Below are positions 43,942-53,800 of a stretch of 64,000 bases of DNA, piece by piece; the first letter of the stretch is position 1; every line of letters starts with the position of its first letter. A model generated the notes under the pieces. It was not told the DNA's origin. It ran no database searches and worked only from the letters and a program-made list of their open reading frames with translations. Made by a program: the position numbers and the translations under genes. The stretch is from Vulcanimicrobiota bacterium (lineage in GTDB: Bacteria; Vulcanimicrobiota; Vulcanimicrobiia; Vulcanimicrobiales; Vulcanimicrobiaceae): positions 365,706 through 429,705 of the forward strand of contig CAWFYV010000003.1 in the NCBI GenBank assembly GCA_963820185.1, given 5' to 3'.

Positions 43942-45122
43942 TAGTGACGCAATGGCTCAATCGCATCGAGCAATCGCGATGCTAGCTCGGGTTTGTTCGC
44001 CGTGCCCAATTCCTTGCGTCCATCCTTCCACAGCAGCGTGAGATCGTTCTGGCCCACGCCGAAGCCGCGCTCGCCGCGTACGTCGTTGACCACGATCGCA
44101 CTCAGTCCCTTACGCGTCAACTTCTCGCGCGCGTTAGCTTCGTGCGCGTCGGTCTCGGCCGCGAAACCCACCAAAAACGCCTCGTCGTTACGCTCGGCGA
44201 TCGTGGCGAGCACGTCGGGATTACGAGTCAGCTGGACCGCGAGATCCTCGTCGGTCTTCTTCAATTTGCTCTCCGCGCGCTGCGCGGGCCGCCAATCCGA
44301 GACCGCGGCGGCGGCAATCACGAGATCGGCGCGCGCGCCGTGCGCGAGCGCGAGATCGAGTAGCTCCGTAGCCGTGGTAAAGCGATGCGTCGTGACACCG
44401 GGCGGTGGTTCGAGCAATGTCGGCCCGAGCAACAGGGTGACATCAGCACCACGCCGTGCCGCCTCATGCGCCACCGCAATCCCGGTCGCGCCCGTAGACG
44501 CATTGCTCACGAACCGGATCGGATCGAAGGCCTCGCGCGTCGGACCAGCAGTCACGAGGACATGCACACCACTAAGCTGTTGGGTGCGCGTGAGCGTTCG
44601 CTCGAGCGCTTCGAGCAGCGCCTCCTCGCTCGCCAATCGGCCAACGCCGCTTTCGCGTTCGGCAAGAAATCCGTGCTCGGGATCGATAAACTCATAGCCG
44701 CGCTCGCGCAGCGTGCGCACGTTCGCCTGCGTTGCGGCGTGCTCGTACATCGCGCTGTTCATCGCCGGCGCAATGAGCACCGGGATGCGCGCCGCCAGCG
44801 CCGCGGTGGTCACGAGATCGTCGGCGATGCCTTGTGCGAGTTTCGCAATCGTGTTCGCGGTCGCGGGGGCAATCAACATGACCTGCGCTTCGCGCACGAG
44901 ACGAATATGCGGGATGCGCTCGGGCGCATCCCATAGCGACGTATAGACCGGCCGCGCGGTAAGCGACGAGAAGGTCAACGGGCCGACGAAGCGTTCGGCC
45001 TCCGGCGTCATGATCACGTCGACAACCGCGCCGCGTTGCACGAGCGTGCTCGTCAACGCAGCGATCTTGTAGACCGCGATACCGCCGCAAACACCCAAGA
45101 GAATGCGCTTCTCGTTCATCAC
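43941..45122 (-). CDS. coaBC: bifunctional phosphopantothenoylcysteine decarboxylase/phosphopantothenate-cysteine ligase
   Basis: 393 aa. ILLGVCGGIAVYK flavoprotein domain, then the VTAGPTREAFDPIRFVSNASTGATG ligase domain. Confidence 0.9.
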   Translation of the reverse strand: MMNEKRILLGVCGGIAVYKIAALTSTLVQRGAVVDVIMTPEAERFVGPLTFSSLTARPVYTSLWDAPERIPHIRLVREAQVMLIAPATANTIAKLAQGIADDLVTTAALAARIPVLIAPAMNSAMYEHAATQANVRTLRERGYEFIDPEHGFLAERESGVGRLASEEALLEALERTLTRTQQLSGVHVLVTAGPTREAFDPIRFVSNASTGATGIAVAHEAARRGADVTLLLGPTLLEPPPGVTTHRFTTATELLDLALAHGARADLVIAAAAVSDWRPAQRAESKLKKTDEDLAVQLTRNPDVLATIAERNDEAFLVGFAAETDAHEANAREKLTRKGLSAIVVNDVRGERGFGVGQNDLTLLWKDGRKELGTANKPELASRLLDAIEPLRH

Positions 45123-45943
45123 GCGATCCAGAGATTGTCGAGCAGCCGCGTCGATCCAAAGCGCGCCGCTCCGATCACAAATGCCGGGGGCGAGAGCGTA
45201 TCGATCGGCGTGAACGTGTTCGCGTCGACGACATCCAAGTAGTCGAGTCGCGCGAGCGGATGCAGACGCGTGCGACCGGCCGCAATCGCGTCGGCTTTGG
45301 AACGTCCGCTCGCCATCGCCAAACGCACCGCCTGCAGTGCGTGGTGCAACGATGGCGCGCCTTCGCGCTCCTGCGGTGAAAGATAGGCATTACGACTCGA
45401 CATTGCCAGCCCATCAGCTTCGCGCTCGGTCGGCACAATCTCTATGCGTACCGGAATTTCCAGGTCCGCAACCATGCGACGCACGACGGCCGTCTGCTGC
45501 GCGTCTTTTTGCCCGAGGTAGAGCACATCGGGCCGCACGATATTGAGCAGCTTGGATACCACCGTTGCAACGCCGCGGAAGTGACCGGGGCGAATCGCGC
45601 CCTCATACAGCTCGCCTACGGGTCCGGCGTCGACCGACGTGCCGAAACCAGGCGGATACATCGCGAGTTGACTTGGCGTGAAGAGCACGTCCACGCCGGC
45701 CTGCGAGAGCTTGGCCTGATCCCCCTCGAGGTCGCGGGGATAGCGCGCCAGATCTTCCTCCGGCGCGAACTGCAAGGGATTCACGAATACCGAGGCGCCG
45801 ACTGCAACCGAATCGGCCCGCGCCCGGCGCACGAGCGCGAGGTGCCCGTCGTGAAGTGCGCCCATTGTGGGTACAAAGCCGAGTGGACGTGGTAAAACAT
45901 CGAAGAGCGCCCGCGCTTGCGAGATCGTCGAAGCAATTTGCAC
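45119..45943 (-). CDS. panC: pantoate--beta-alanine ligase
   Basis: GFVPTMGALHDGHLALV, VFVNPLQF, GHFRGVATVV. GTG 45943 lies 5 nt after the FHA gene stop; the track ORF is over-extended. Confidence 0.9.
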   Translation of the reverse strand: MQIASTISQARALFDVLPRPLGFVPTMGALHDGHLALVRRARADSVAVGASVFVNPLQFAPEEDLARYPRDLEGDQAKLSQAGVDVLFTPSQLAMYPPGFGTSVDAGPVGELYEGAIRPGHFRGVATVVSKLLNIVRPDVLYLGQKDAQQTAVVRRMVADLEIPVRIEIVPTEREADGLAMSSRNAYLSPQEREGAPSLHHALQAVRLAMASGRSKADAIAAGRTRLHPLARLDYLDVVDANTFTPIDTLSPPAFVIGAARFGSTRLLDNLWIA

Positions 45944-45948
45944 GATCG

Positions 45949-46242
45949 CTACATTCGTGTCACGCGCAGTACCGTGCGGCCGACAATAAACGGAACGCCA
46001 ATCTCGACCGTGGCGTCCCCGCTTACCAATTCGCCGTTGACTTTGGTCCCGTTGCGGCTCTCGAGGTCGGTGAGGTGCAAACTTTCCCCATCGATGCGAA
46101 CGTGCGCGTGCTTGCGCGACACATAGCGGTCCAGAGCGATGCACGCTTGTGCAACTGAATCGTCGCGGCCGATCGTGATCTCGCTCTCGAACGTCCAACT
46201 TTTTCCATCGAGTGGTCCGCTAAGGACCTCGAGTAGGTACAT
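45949..46242 (-). CDS. FHA domain-containing protein (stand-alone, 97 aa)
   Basis: ITIGRDDSVAQACIALDRYVSRKHAHVRIDGESLHLTDLESRNGTKVNG is a canonical FHA core. Confidence 0.75.
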   Translation of the reverse strand: MYLLEVLSGPLDGKSWTFESEITIGRDDSVAQACIALDRYVSRKHAHVRIDGESLHLTDLESRNGTKVNGELVSGDATVEIGVPFIVGRTVLRVTRM

Positions 46243-46344
46243 GGCGGCGAGCCCTTCTCTGGTGCGGCTGCCCGGCTCCTGGTCGGGGGTCCCCCGTGTT
46301 AAGGGATCGCTAACAAAAAGGGCCTTCCGGACGATAGTGATAGG

Positions 46345-46575
46345 GTGACGATGAACGACCGGATCGACGAGCTCCTGGAGCTCATAGAAGTAGAGCCGGA
46401 TGCCCTCCGAGAGGCAGAATTCCTGCAAGCGCAGGCGATACTTGAGACCCTAGTGGGCAAGTCTATTACAGCTGCCGAGGTCGAAGACACGCGCATCGTC
46501 ATTACGACCGGCGACGGCAATAAGTATTTCTTCTACGGGTTCTTAGGCTCGGGAAACAGCCAGCCTACTTCGTAG
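46345..46575 (+). CDS. small hypothetical protein
   Basis: 76-aa acidic ORF with protein-like composition. Convergent with pilZ, 11-nt 3' overlap. No homology recognised. Confidence 0.3.
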   Translation: MTMNDRIDELLELIEVEPDALREAEFLQAQAILETLVGKSITAAEVEDTRIVITTGDGNKYFFYGFLGSGNSQPTS

Positions 46576-46924
46576 GCTGTTGTCGTGCAGCAACGAACGC
46601 CGCGATCTTTTCATGATCGCTGGACGTGTATTGCGTGAATGCGACGCCGTGCGCATAGCGCTTCGTCGAATTGTCGTAGAACGTCAATGCGATCTTCGCG
46701 CGCACCAACATCTCGCGATCGGAAGCAGGAAGGGTGAAGCGCAGGACGATCGGCTGCCCCGCCGGCAAGTCGGTCGTCGTAGTAATACGCATCCCGCCGC
46801 GGCTTAGATCGACGGCATTGCCGGTCAAGACCAACTCGTGCCCGGGGACGATGATAGTGACCGGGAAATCAACGATTGCGCGAAAGAACCGGCGCTCGTG
46901 CGAGCGATCCTCTTGAGTACTCAC
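46565..46924 (-). CDS. PilZ domain-containing protein (c-di-GMP receptor-like)
   Basis: ERRFFR (RxxxR) and DLSRGGM (DxSxxG) motifs at the expected spacing. Confidence 0.75.
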   Translation of the reverse strand: MSTQEDRSHERRFFRAIVDFPVTIIVPGHELVLTGNAVDLSRGGMRITTTTDLPAGQPIVLRFTLPASDREMLVRAKIALTFYDNSTKRYAHGVAFTQYTSSDHEKIAAFVAARQQPTK

Positions 46925-46964
46925 CGCTAACGCTTCTTCTCTGTGGCGCCGTGGTGGCCTTCAT

Positions 46965-48215
46965 CTAACCTGTAATCACTGCTTGCGCGGCAAGCAGCGC
47001 ACCAAGCATTGCGTGCTCGGCGACGATCCCGCCTTGAAGATATACCTCAAACGGCGCGCGCAGCGGCGCATCGCAGGAGAGCTCGATCGTCGCACCACCA
47101 ACGAAAGCACCACTGGACATGACGACTGGATCGATGTACCCGGGCACGGGTCCCGGTTCGGGACGAAAGCGCGCATTAAGCGGCATCGCCATTTGTAAAC
47201 CTAATGCAAAGCGCATTAACAGCCCCGGTTCGCGCAAACGAATCGCCTGCACGATATCGGTGCGCACCGACCCAGGTTGCGGATCCACAGCAAATCCCAG
47301 CTCCGCGAAGAGTGCTGCCGCAAAATCGAGCCCGCGCAGCGCTTGCTCCACGACCATCGGTGCAATGAAAAGTCCCTGTACGAAGGCGCGCCCGAAGCCG
47401 AATGTCGGCCCAAGCGCGCTTCGCAATCCCGGCGCGTATAAGCGCGCGCTCACACGCTCGACGAGATCAGCGCGCCCAGCGATGTAGCCACCGCCGGGTG
47501 CGAGGCCGCCGCCAATATTCTTGATCAGGGATCCCATGAGGAGATCTGTGCCCAGGTGGGAGGGCTCGCGCGCTTCGACCAGCTCGCCGTAGCAGTTGTC
47601 GACGAGCACGGCCACGTGCGGCGCGACGTCCTTGACCCGGGCAGCGATCCGGCCGCAGGCGGCAACGTCGAGCGACGGGCGCGACGCGTATCCGCGCGAG
47701 CGCTGGACGAACACCGCAGCCGCGTTCGGTGCCGCCGCAGCCGCCGCGATTGCGTCGAGATCGGCGCTGCCATCCTCGCGTAACGCGATCTCTTCATACT
47801 GCACACCTTGCGCAACGAGCGACTGATCCGCATCGCAGATCGCGTTGCGCAACGTATCGTAGGGCCGCCCGGTCGCAGCGATCAATCGCATTCCCGGCGC
47901 GACGCATGCGGCAAGTGCGACGACGATGGCATGGGTGCCGCTCACGATCGAGAGTCGTGCCAACGTGCGTTCCGTACCGAGCACGCGCGAAAGCAGTGAT
48001 TCGTAGCGTTCGCGCGCGGCATCGTCGTAGCCGTAACCGCTCGTTCCGGCCAAATCGCTGTCGTCGATTCCCTCGTCGTAGAACGCACGCAGGACGTTCG
48101 CCTTGACCTGCGCTTGCGCCGGATAGCTCAACGCGCGCGTGCGCTCGTGCGCTCGCTGCGCCGCGGCGCGTACGCGCGCATCGATGCCGAACGTTTCACA
48201 CAGAAGTTCAATCAC
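46965..48215 (-). CDS. methionine gamma-lyase family protein (YnbB / aluminium-resistance-protein-like, PLP fold)
   Basis: 416 aa. GYGYDDAARERYE, VSGTHA, VDNCYGE, GSLIKNIGGGLAPGGGYIAG. Confidence 0.7.
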   Translation of the reverse strand: MIELLCETFGIDARVRAAAQRAHERTRALSYPAQAQVKANVLRAFYDEGIDDSDLAGTSGYGYDDAARERYESLLSRVLGTERTLARLSIVSGTHAIVVALAACVAPGMRLIAATGRPYDTLRNAICDADQSLVAQGVQYEEIALREDGSADLDAIAAAAAAPNAAAVFVQRSRGYASRPSLDVAACGRIAARVKDVAPHVAVLVDNCYGELVEAREPSHLGTDLLMGSLIKNIGGGLAPGGGYIAGRADLVERVSARLYAPGLRSALGPTFGFGRAFVQGLFIAPMVVEQALRGLDFAAALFAELGFAVDPQPGSVRTDIVQAIRLREPGLLMRFALGLQMAMPLNARFRPEPGPVPGYIDPVVMSSGAFVGGATIELSCDAPLRAPFEVYLQGGIVAEHAMLGALLAAQAVITG

Positions 48216-49360
48216 GCGGCTGCCTCGAGTTCGTCGGCTAGATGCCGCTCGTAGGCGCGCACAAACGGCAGGTAGATGATCGTCGCAATGGCGACGTTAA
48301 GCACGACAAGCCCGATCGCTCGCAGATCAAGGGTCGCGATATACGTCGAAATCAGCGTCGGTATCGAGGAAGGCACATAGTAGATCGCGCGCCCGACCCA
48401 ACCGAGTGCAACCGCGAGATAGGTCGTCGTTGCGAGTACGAGCGGAGCCAATAAGAATGGCGGCACGAGAAACGGATTGAGCACCACCGGCACACTGAAA
48501 AGTAAGGGTTCGTTGGCGTTGATCAGCGCGGGGAGGATGGTCGCGCGTCCCACGTTTCGCAAACGCGTAACGCGCGAGAACGCGAGCAGCGCAGCAAGCG
48601 GCAACGTCGAACCCGCGCCGCCCGGAAAGATAAAAAGGAAGAGTGAGACCACGACGATGTGCGGCAGCGGCAGGTGATTGGCATATGCGCTCGTGTTTTC
48701 TGCTTGGAGCGTCAGGTAGACCGGCGTGACAAACGCGGCCAGCAGCGCAGGACCGTGCAGACCGATTGTCCACAGTAGCGTCTGCACGGCAACGATGACA
48801 ATCAGCGCGATATAGGTATCGCCCATCTGACCGAGCGGTCTGAGCGCACGCGTGACCGCATCGCTCACCGAGAGGTGTGCCGCACGTAGTCCGAATGCAA
48901 CGGCAATTGCGAGCAGCGCGCCGGTCCACGCGTTGCCTGAAAGCCGCGCGCCCAGCGCAACGAGCCCGCATGCGGCAAGTGCAATGAACAACCCGCTCGG
49001 CCCGATGGCGCGCAGATATTCGAGCGGCGTGCCGGCATAGGCCGGCAATGCGATCAGGTATGCAAGCGTAGAACCGGTAATTACGGCGAGTGGATTGATG
49101 TGCGCGCGCCGCGCGTAATACCAGGCGAGTGTCGGTGCGAGCACGAGGCCCATGATACCGAAGGCGGGGAGCACTGCACCCGAGACCCGCAGGCCCAGCG
49201 CCGGCCCAACCAGCGGTCCAGGCACGGCAACAAACGGAAAGATGGCGAGCGCGGCGACGAGCAGTCCGGCGAAGCTCCAAGGGAGCGCATCGCGGGTGGC
49301 TACGAGGAAGGGACTAGATGCGACGAACGACAGCTTCGACGCGACCGATGATCTCGACAT
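48212..49360 (-). CDS. PTS EIIC-like permease (lactose/cellobiose family), orphan
   Basis: Polytopic. INANEPLLFSVPVVLNPFLVPPFLLAPL resembles the EIIC GINEPxxFGxPxVxNP motif. No EIIA/EIIB nearby. The start overlaps the lexA 3' end by 47 nt, so it is uncertain. Confidence 0.5.
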   Translation of the reverse strand: MSRSSVASKLSFVASSPFLVATRDALPWSFAGLLVAALAIFPFVAVPGPLVGPALGLRVSGAVLPAFGIMGLVLAPTLAWYYARRAHINPLAVITGSTLAYLIALPAYAGTPLEYLRAIGPSGLFIALAACGLVALGARLSGNAWTGALLAIAVAFGLRAAHLSVSDAVTRALRPLGQMGDTYIALIVIVAVQTLLWTIGLHGPALLAAFVTPVYLTLQAENTSAYANHLPLPHIVVVSLFLFIFPGGAGSTLPLAALLAFSRVTRLRNVGRATILPALINANEPLLFSVPVVLNPFLVPPFLLAPLVLATTTYLAVALGWVGRAIYYVPSSIPTLISTYIATLDLRAIGLVVLNVAIATIIYLPFVRAYERHLADELEAAA

Positions 49361-49925
49361 CGCTCGCGTAGATTGGCGCCATGGCGCGATTCTCCGGCTG
49401 TAACCGGATGCGCCCGTCTTCGCGGTAATAGCGCTTCACCGTCGCTTCGCCGTCGACCATCGCCACGACGATCTCGCCATCGCGCGCGACCCGCTGCGGC
49501 CGCACCATGATCAAATCACCGTCCAAGATCGCCGCATCGACCATCGAATCGCCCTGCACGCGCAGCATGAACGCATCGGAGATGCGCGGCACAAAGGACG
49601 CGGGCAACACGAACTCGCCTTCCAGGTGCTCTTGCGCGGTGATCGGTATCCCAGCGGCGACCTTACCGAGAATCGGCATCACGATACTCTCCGGCACCGG
49701 GGCCATCCCCAGATCGGAGCGCAGCGCGCGGGGCTTGGTAGGGTCGCGCGAGATCATTCCGCGCCGCTCCAAGGCCTTAAGGTGGGCGTGAATCGTGGAC
49801 GAGGACGAGAGGCCGACCCGCTCACCGATCTCGCGCACCGACGGCGGGTATCCGCGTTCGACGGTAAAGGCGCGTATCACGTCGAGAATCCGCTGCTGTC
49901 GTTCGGTCGCTGGTTTGTCGGTCAA
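49314..49925 (-). CDS. lexA: LexA repressor
   Basis: ERQQRILDVIRAFTVERGYPPSVREIGERVGLSSSSTIHAHLKALERRG, cleavage-site AAG, S24 peptidase motif GDSM...VKR. GGGAGGGA SD followed by TTG at 49925; the track ORF is over-extended. Confidence 0.9.
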   Translation of the reverse strand: MTDKPATERQQRILDVIRAFTVERGYPPSVREIGERVGLSSSSTIHAHLKALERRGMISRDPTKPRALRSDLGMAPVPESIVMPILGKVAAGIPITAQEHLEGEFVLPASFVPRISDAFMLRVQGDSMVDAAILDGDLIMVRPQRVARDGEIVVAMVDGEATVKRYYREDGRIRLQPENRAMAPIYASDVEIIGRVEAVVRRI

Positions 49926-50015
49926 GGGCTCCCTCCCCGAGGCTTTTTTGCAGCGCAATGCCACCCGTATGGCATGGATTTGCGCTACAACCGTAGCACA
50001 GGCCGCGGGAAAAGG

Positions 50016-50029
50016 CAAACATACGTTCG
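50016..50029. promoter_or_regulatory. LexA box (Cheo-type), CAAACATACGTTCG, one mismatch
   Basis: Matches CGAAC-N4-GTTCG at 9 of 10 arm positions. Overlaps the candidate lexA -35 on the minus strand. Confidence 0.6.
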
Positions 50030-50037
50030 GACCACGC

Positions 50038-50068
50038 TTGACAGTACGTCGGCACAGTGTGCTAAAAT
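50038..50068 (+). promoter_or_regulatory. candidate promoter of the yneA-like gene: TTGACA, 19-nt spacer, extended -10 TGcTAAAAT
   Basis: Read directly. LexA boxes lie at the predicted start site and in the 5' UTR. Confidence 0.5.
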
Positions 50069-50076
50069 CTAGGGGA

Positions 50077-50090
50077 CGAACAGCTGTTTG
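50077..50090. promoter_or_regulatory. LexA box (Cheo-type), CGAACAGCTGTTTG, one mismatch
   Basis: 9 of 10 arm positions. Begins 9 nt downstream of the -10 element. Confidence 0.6.
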
Positions 50091-50116
50091 GCACAAAATG
50101 TGGGTACGTTGGTAGT

Positions 50117-50130
50117 CGAACGGTCGTTCG
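50117..50130. promoter_or_regulatory. LexA box (Cheo-type), CGAACGGTCGTTCG, perfect
   Basis: Perfect CGAAC-N4-GTTCG palindrome in the 5' UTR of the LysM gene. Confidence 0.75.
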
Positions 50131-50157
50131 CCACAAGATATGGAAGGAGCTCGAGAC

Positions 50158-50433
50158 GTGCGGAAACGGTTCACCCTCATGCCGGCGATCACGCTGGCAG
50201 CACTCAGTCTGATGGTAACGGTGCCGGCGCTTTCGAGCATGCACCTGTACGCCGCAACGGCGCAGCGCTACGCGGTCGTCACCGTGCAGCCGGGCGATAC
50301 ACTTTGGTCGATCGCCGTCGCGCACACGAATTCGAGCGGCGACGTGCAGGAGACGATCGATCGCATCAGCGCGACGAACCACCTCCAAGCATCGACGATT
50401 CTCCCGGGCGAACATCTCCGAATTCCTGAATAA
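50158..50433 (+). CDS. membrane-anchored LysM protein, YneA/ChiZ-like SOS cell-division inhibitor candidate
   Basis: GGAAGGAG SD 8 nt before GTG 50158. TM helix MPAITLAALSLMVTVPALS, then LysM YAVVTVQPGDTLWSIAV...ILPGEHLRIP. Divergent from lexA. Confidence 0.7.
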   Translation: MRKRFTLMPAITLAALSLMVTVPALSSMHLYAATAQRYAVVTVQPGDTLWSIAVAHTNSSGDVQETIDRISATNHLQASTILPGEHLRIPE

Positions 50434-50437
50434 TATT

Positions 50438-50494
50438 GTCATCCCCGCCCCTCGTCGGGCTCGGGATAAACTCCGCCATGCGTAGTCGAGGGAC
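50438..50494. repeat. REP-like repeat, copy 3 (same termini GTCATCCC...GTAGTCGAGGGAC, different interior)
   Basis: Termini are identical to copies 1 and 2. The interior carries its own small hairpin GCCC-ctcgtc-GGGC. Confidence 0.4.
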
Positions 50495-50499
50495 CGAGA

Positions 50500-50523
50500 A
50501 AGCCGCAAGCCTGCGGCTTTTTT
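50500..50523 (+). terminator. intrinsic terminator of the LysM gene (8-bp stem AAGCCGCA/TGCGGCTT, 4-nt loop, T-tract)
   Basis: Read directly: aagccgca-agcc-tgcggctt-tttt. Confidence 0.65.
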
Positions 50524-50529
50524 AGTTGT

Positions 50530-50742
50530 CTACGAGCGTCGGCTCACGAGCACGATCGAGTGCCCCGTGTGCTCGTTTAAGAACTCCAGGCCTTCCATCA
50601 TCCACGAATCGAGGCCATTGCTCGAATGTTTCGCGACCTCGCGCACCACGTGGACGCGGTCGCGCAGCCACGCAAGTTCCGAGCGCGTCGTCGTCGGAAA
50701 GATCGCAACTTCACAATCTTCGCATTGATACCCGTATTGCAC
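50530..50742 (-). CDS. small hypothetical protein (70 aa)
   Basis: Protein-like composition: MQYGYQCEDCEVAIF...EGLEFLNEHTGHSIVLV. No family recognised. Confidence 0.3.
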   Translation of the reverse strand: MQYGYQCEDCEVAIFPTTTRSELAWLRDRVHVVREVAKHSSNGLDSWMMEGLEFLNEHTGHSIVLVSRRS

Positions 50743-50767
50743 GAGGGCGCGCTTTCGCGTGAAATAC

Positions 50768-50795
50768 GAAGGCCCCCGCTTACGCGGGGGCCTTC
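50768..50795 (-). terminator. stem-loop downstream of the TonB-dependent-receptor-like gene (12-bp perfect stem GAAGGCCCCCGC/GCGGGGGCCTTC)
   Basis: Read directly. On the minus strand it is followed by GUAUUUC, a weak U-tract. Confidence 0.45.
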
Positions 50796-50818
50796 GCCCT
50801 GTTACTCGAGTCTATCGA

Positions 50819-53800
50819 CTAGAGCTTGACGTTGAACGTCACGTACACGTTGAACGGCGGCGGGATTACGCCCGCATTAGAACCGTTGGTCGGTGCGTAG
50901 GGTTGTTGCTGCCACGGATAGAGCGACGTGCCGTTGGCAGCCGCGCTGTACGTGGAGGGCTGACCCGGTGTCAGGTAGCCCGGTCCGAGTTGGTAGTTCG
51001 ACACGTAGAAGCTGTTCGCGCCGTAGCCGCAAACATTGGAGCTGGCCGGATAGGCCGAGGTCCACGGCTCTTTCGAGCCGCCGAAGCACGTGTGGAACAG
51101 GTTCGCGACGGTTACGTTCATCGTGATCTTCGGTGTGATGTCGTAGCTGAGCGCGATGTTACCAACCATGATGAACGGATTCCGATACTGTCCGATGCCA
51201 TCGAACGAACCGGTCTCCGGGTTCGGGATGAAGAGTAGACCCGTCGGAGTCGCGCCAGCGCCGTTTACGGTCGTGTAGTTGCACTGCTGCGTCGCCCCAG
51301 GTTGACTCGGTCGATCGAGGTGCAATTGCGCGGATCTACGCCCTGTACGGTGAACGGCGAACCGTACGAGGTTCCTTCCGCGAGTTGGAACGTCGGGGTG
51401 ATCGCCCATCTATCGTGACGATAGTTGAGGATCAGCGAGCTGACCCACGGCGAGTCATACAGACCGAGGCGCCGTGTTGACGCCCGGAAGCGCGACGTCG
51501 GACGGCGGTGCATACCAACCGTTGGGATCGAGCAGGCCTTGCGCCGGCGCAGCTGAAGTACGGATTGGCAATTACCGGTTGCGTGCCAACTGCGCCCGTA
51601 CAGTTCTGCGCAACACCAACTGCGCCAACGCCAGTCGTTCCCGCGAAGCACGGATAGTTCTGGCTTCCGCCCTTCGCGAGCGCGTTGTAGTTGCCGATCG
51701 CGGTGTTGTAGTAGCCGATCTGGTTCGCGCCGAGGTTGTTGACCAATCCCGATTGGAATTGGACCTTGGCGTTGGTGTACGTTACCGCGAGCGATCCCGA
51801 GAAACCATTCTTCGAGAAGTCGCCCTTGGTGAAGGCACCTTCCACACCGTAGCTCTTGAACTGTCCGACCGGAACCTGCGTAACGTAGCCGGGTCCGATG
51901 AACGATTGCTCTTGATAGCCGTTGGTGAGGTTGTAGAACGGCGTGACCTTGAAGCTCATGTCGGTTCCACGAATGTGCCGCTCGAGTGAGATGTCGTACT
52001 GCGCCGACGTTTGCGACGGCGTGTTATGGAACGGGTCGAAGAACCCGAGGCCCATGAAGTTCGCCCACTGGGCGGTGTTGTTTCCCGACTCGTTCGTGTA
52101 CTGAACTGAAGCCGAGATTGGCGGCTCGATGAAGCGGCCACCCGAGAAGCGCCAGACCGTGTCGGGCGATTCGGTGTAGGTCGCCGAGTAGCGCGCCGAC
52201 CAGTAGTGCAGGTTATACGACGCCGGCGAGGAGGCCGAGAAGCTCGGCGCCACGACGCCGTCTTGCGTCGTGCCGTTCGGGTGCACGAAGCCAGTCGCCG
52301 TGGAACCGGTGTGTGCACCGATGTACGTGTTGCAGTCGGTGGTCTGCGGGATCTCGATCGGACTAGCCGGCGGAGATTGTCCCGGTTGCAACGGTAGCGT
52401 GTAAGTACCGGCAGTTTGTACAACGCCGCCCAGGGTCGCTCCAGGCGTAGCGTAGCAGAAGTTATCTGCTGCGATCTGCGCATAGAACTGCTCGGCCTCG
52501 GTGCCGGTATGAGCCATGTTGTAGGTATAGCTCTCGTAGCGAAGTGCAGCGTTGACAAGCCACTTGTCGTTCGGACGCCACTGGTCGCTAAGCGAGATGT
52601 TGGTGAAGTTCGGATCCACCGTATTGTACGATGCAGTCTCCGGGCCGCTCCAGAGGTACTCGTTCTGCGCACCTGCGGCAGCAGCGTTTGGTCCGACTAC
52701 TCCCGGCGTGTAGCCGAAGTTCACGACGTTACCTGCGCCGCAGGTCTTGGTCGTGCTGCTTCCGGAAGCGGTGACGCACTGCTTGGGAGCGTTGTAGCAC
52801 GGAATCTGCGCATCGCCGTTCGCGAGCGAACTCCAGCAGGTGAAGTTCCCTTGCGAATTGCCGGCGACGATTCCGAACGGACCTGCAGAGCCGCCATATG
52901 CAGACGAAGCCGTGGTGTTGTTATCACGCAACACGTTCGCATACGTCTGGTTCACCGTGAACTGGAGCAGGTTCTTGTCGTTGATCTGATCGCTGAACTG
53001 GAACTCGCCGCCGCTGGTATGCGTGATCAGCAGGTAATTCTGCGCCAGTGCTTCGTTTGGTGCACCTATCACGTAGCCTGCGAGGGTCGAGTACGGTCCA
53101 GTTTGGTTCCAATCGGAGAAGAACGTGTAGCCCATCAAACGGGCGTACGCGCGATCGCCGATTGCATGCGTGTACTGGGCCTTGACGATGCCCTGATCGT
53201 TGTAGATAGCGTCCTGCGTATTTTCAGGCAGTTGACTATACATCGGACGACCTGTGGGCGAGTCCGGATAGCTGTAGAACGACGGTGTCAGCTGCGCATA
53301 CGGCGTGCCGAACGGCGCGGCGTACGTGTAGCCTTCGACGTAACCCGGACAGTTGTTCGCGCTCAAGTGGACGTTACAACTCGGATCACTCGCTGTCGGT
53401 CCCGAATATGGGTAGCCGACGGCCGCGAGCTGGTAGCCGTTGTAACCGTTGAGATCGGCTGCATCGCCGTAGAACCAGGTCTTGAGCAGCGAACCGCTCC
53501 AGAGTAACTGGAGGTCGTCGCGCTGACCATCTTTACGCGGGATCGCGAAGTGGAAGTTCACCACATTTTCGCGGTCGGCAATGAAGCTGGTGTTTGCGGC
53601 CAGGCCGCTGTACGGCGAGAGACACCACGGTGATCCTGCCGGTTGGCCAATCGCAGTGTCGACGCTTGCCGGCGTTGAGCCGTCCACCGTACTGCATTGC
53701 GCGTACGCAGCACCATTCACGGCGACATTGAATCCGAGACCCGCATTTGTGCTCGAGTAGTCGGAATAGATGCCGCCCGGGCCCATGAGGCTCGTGCCGT

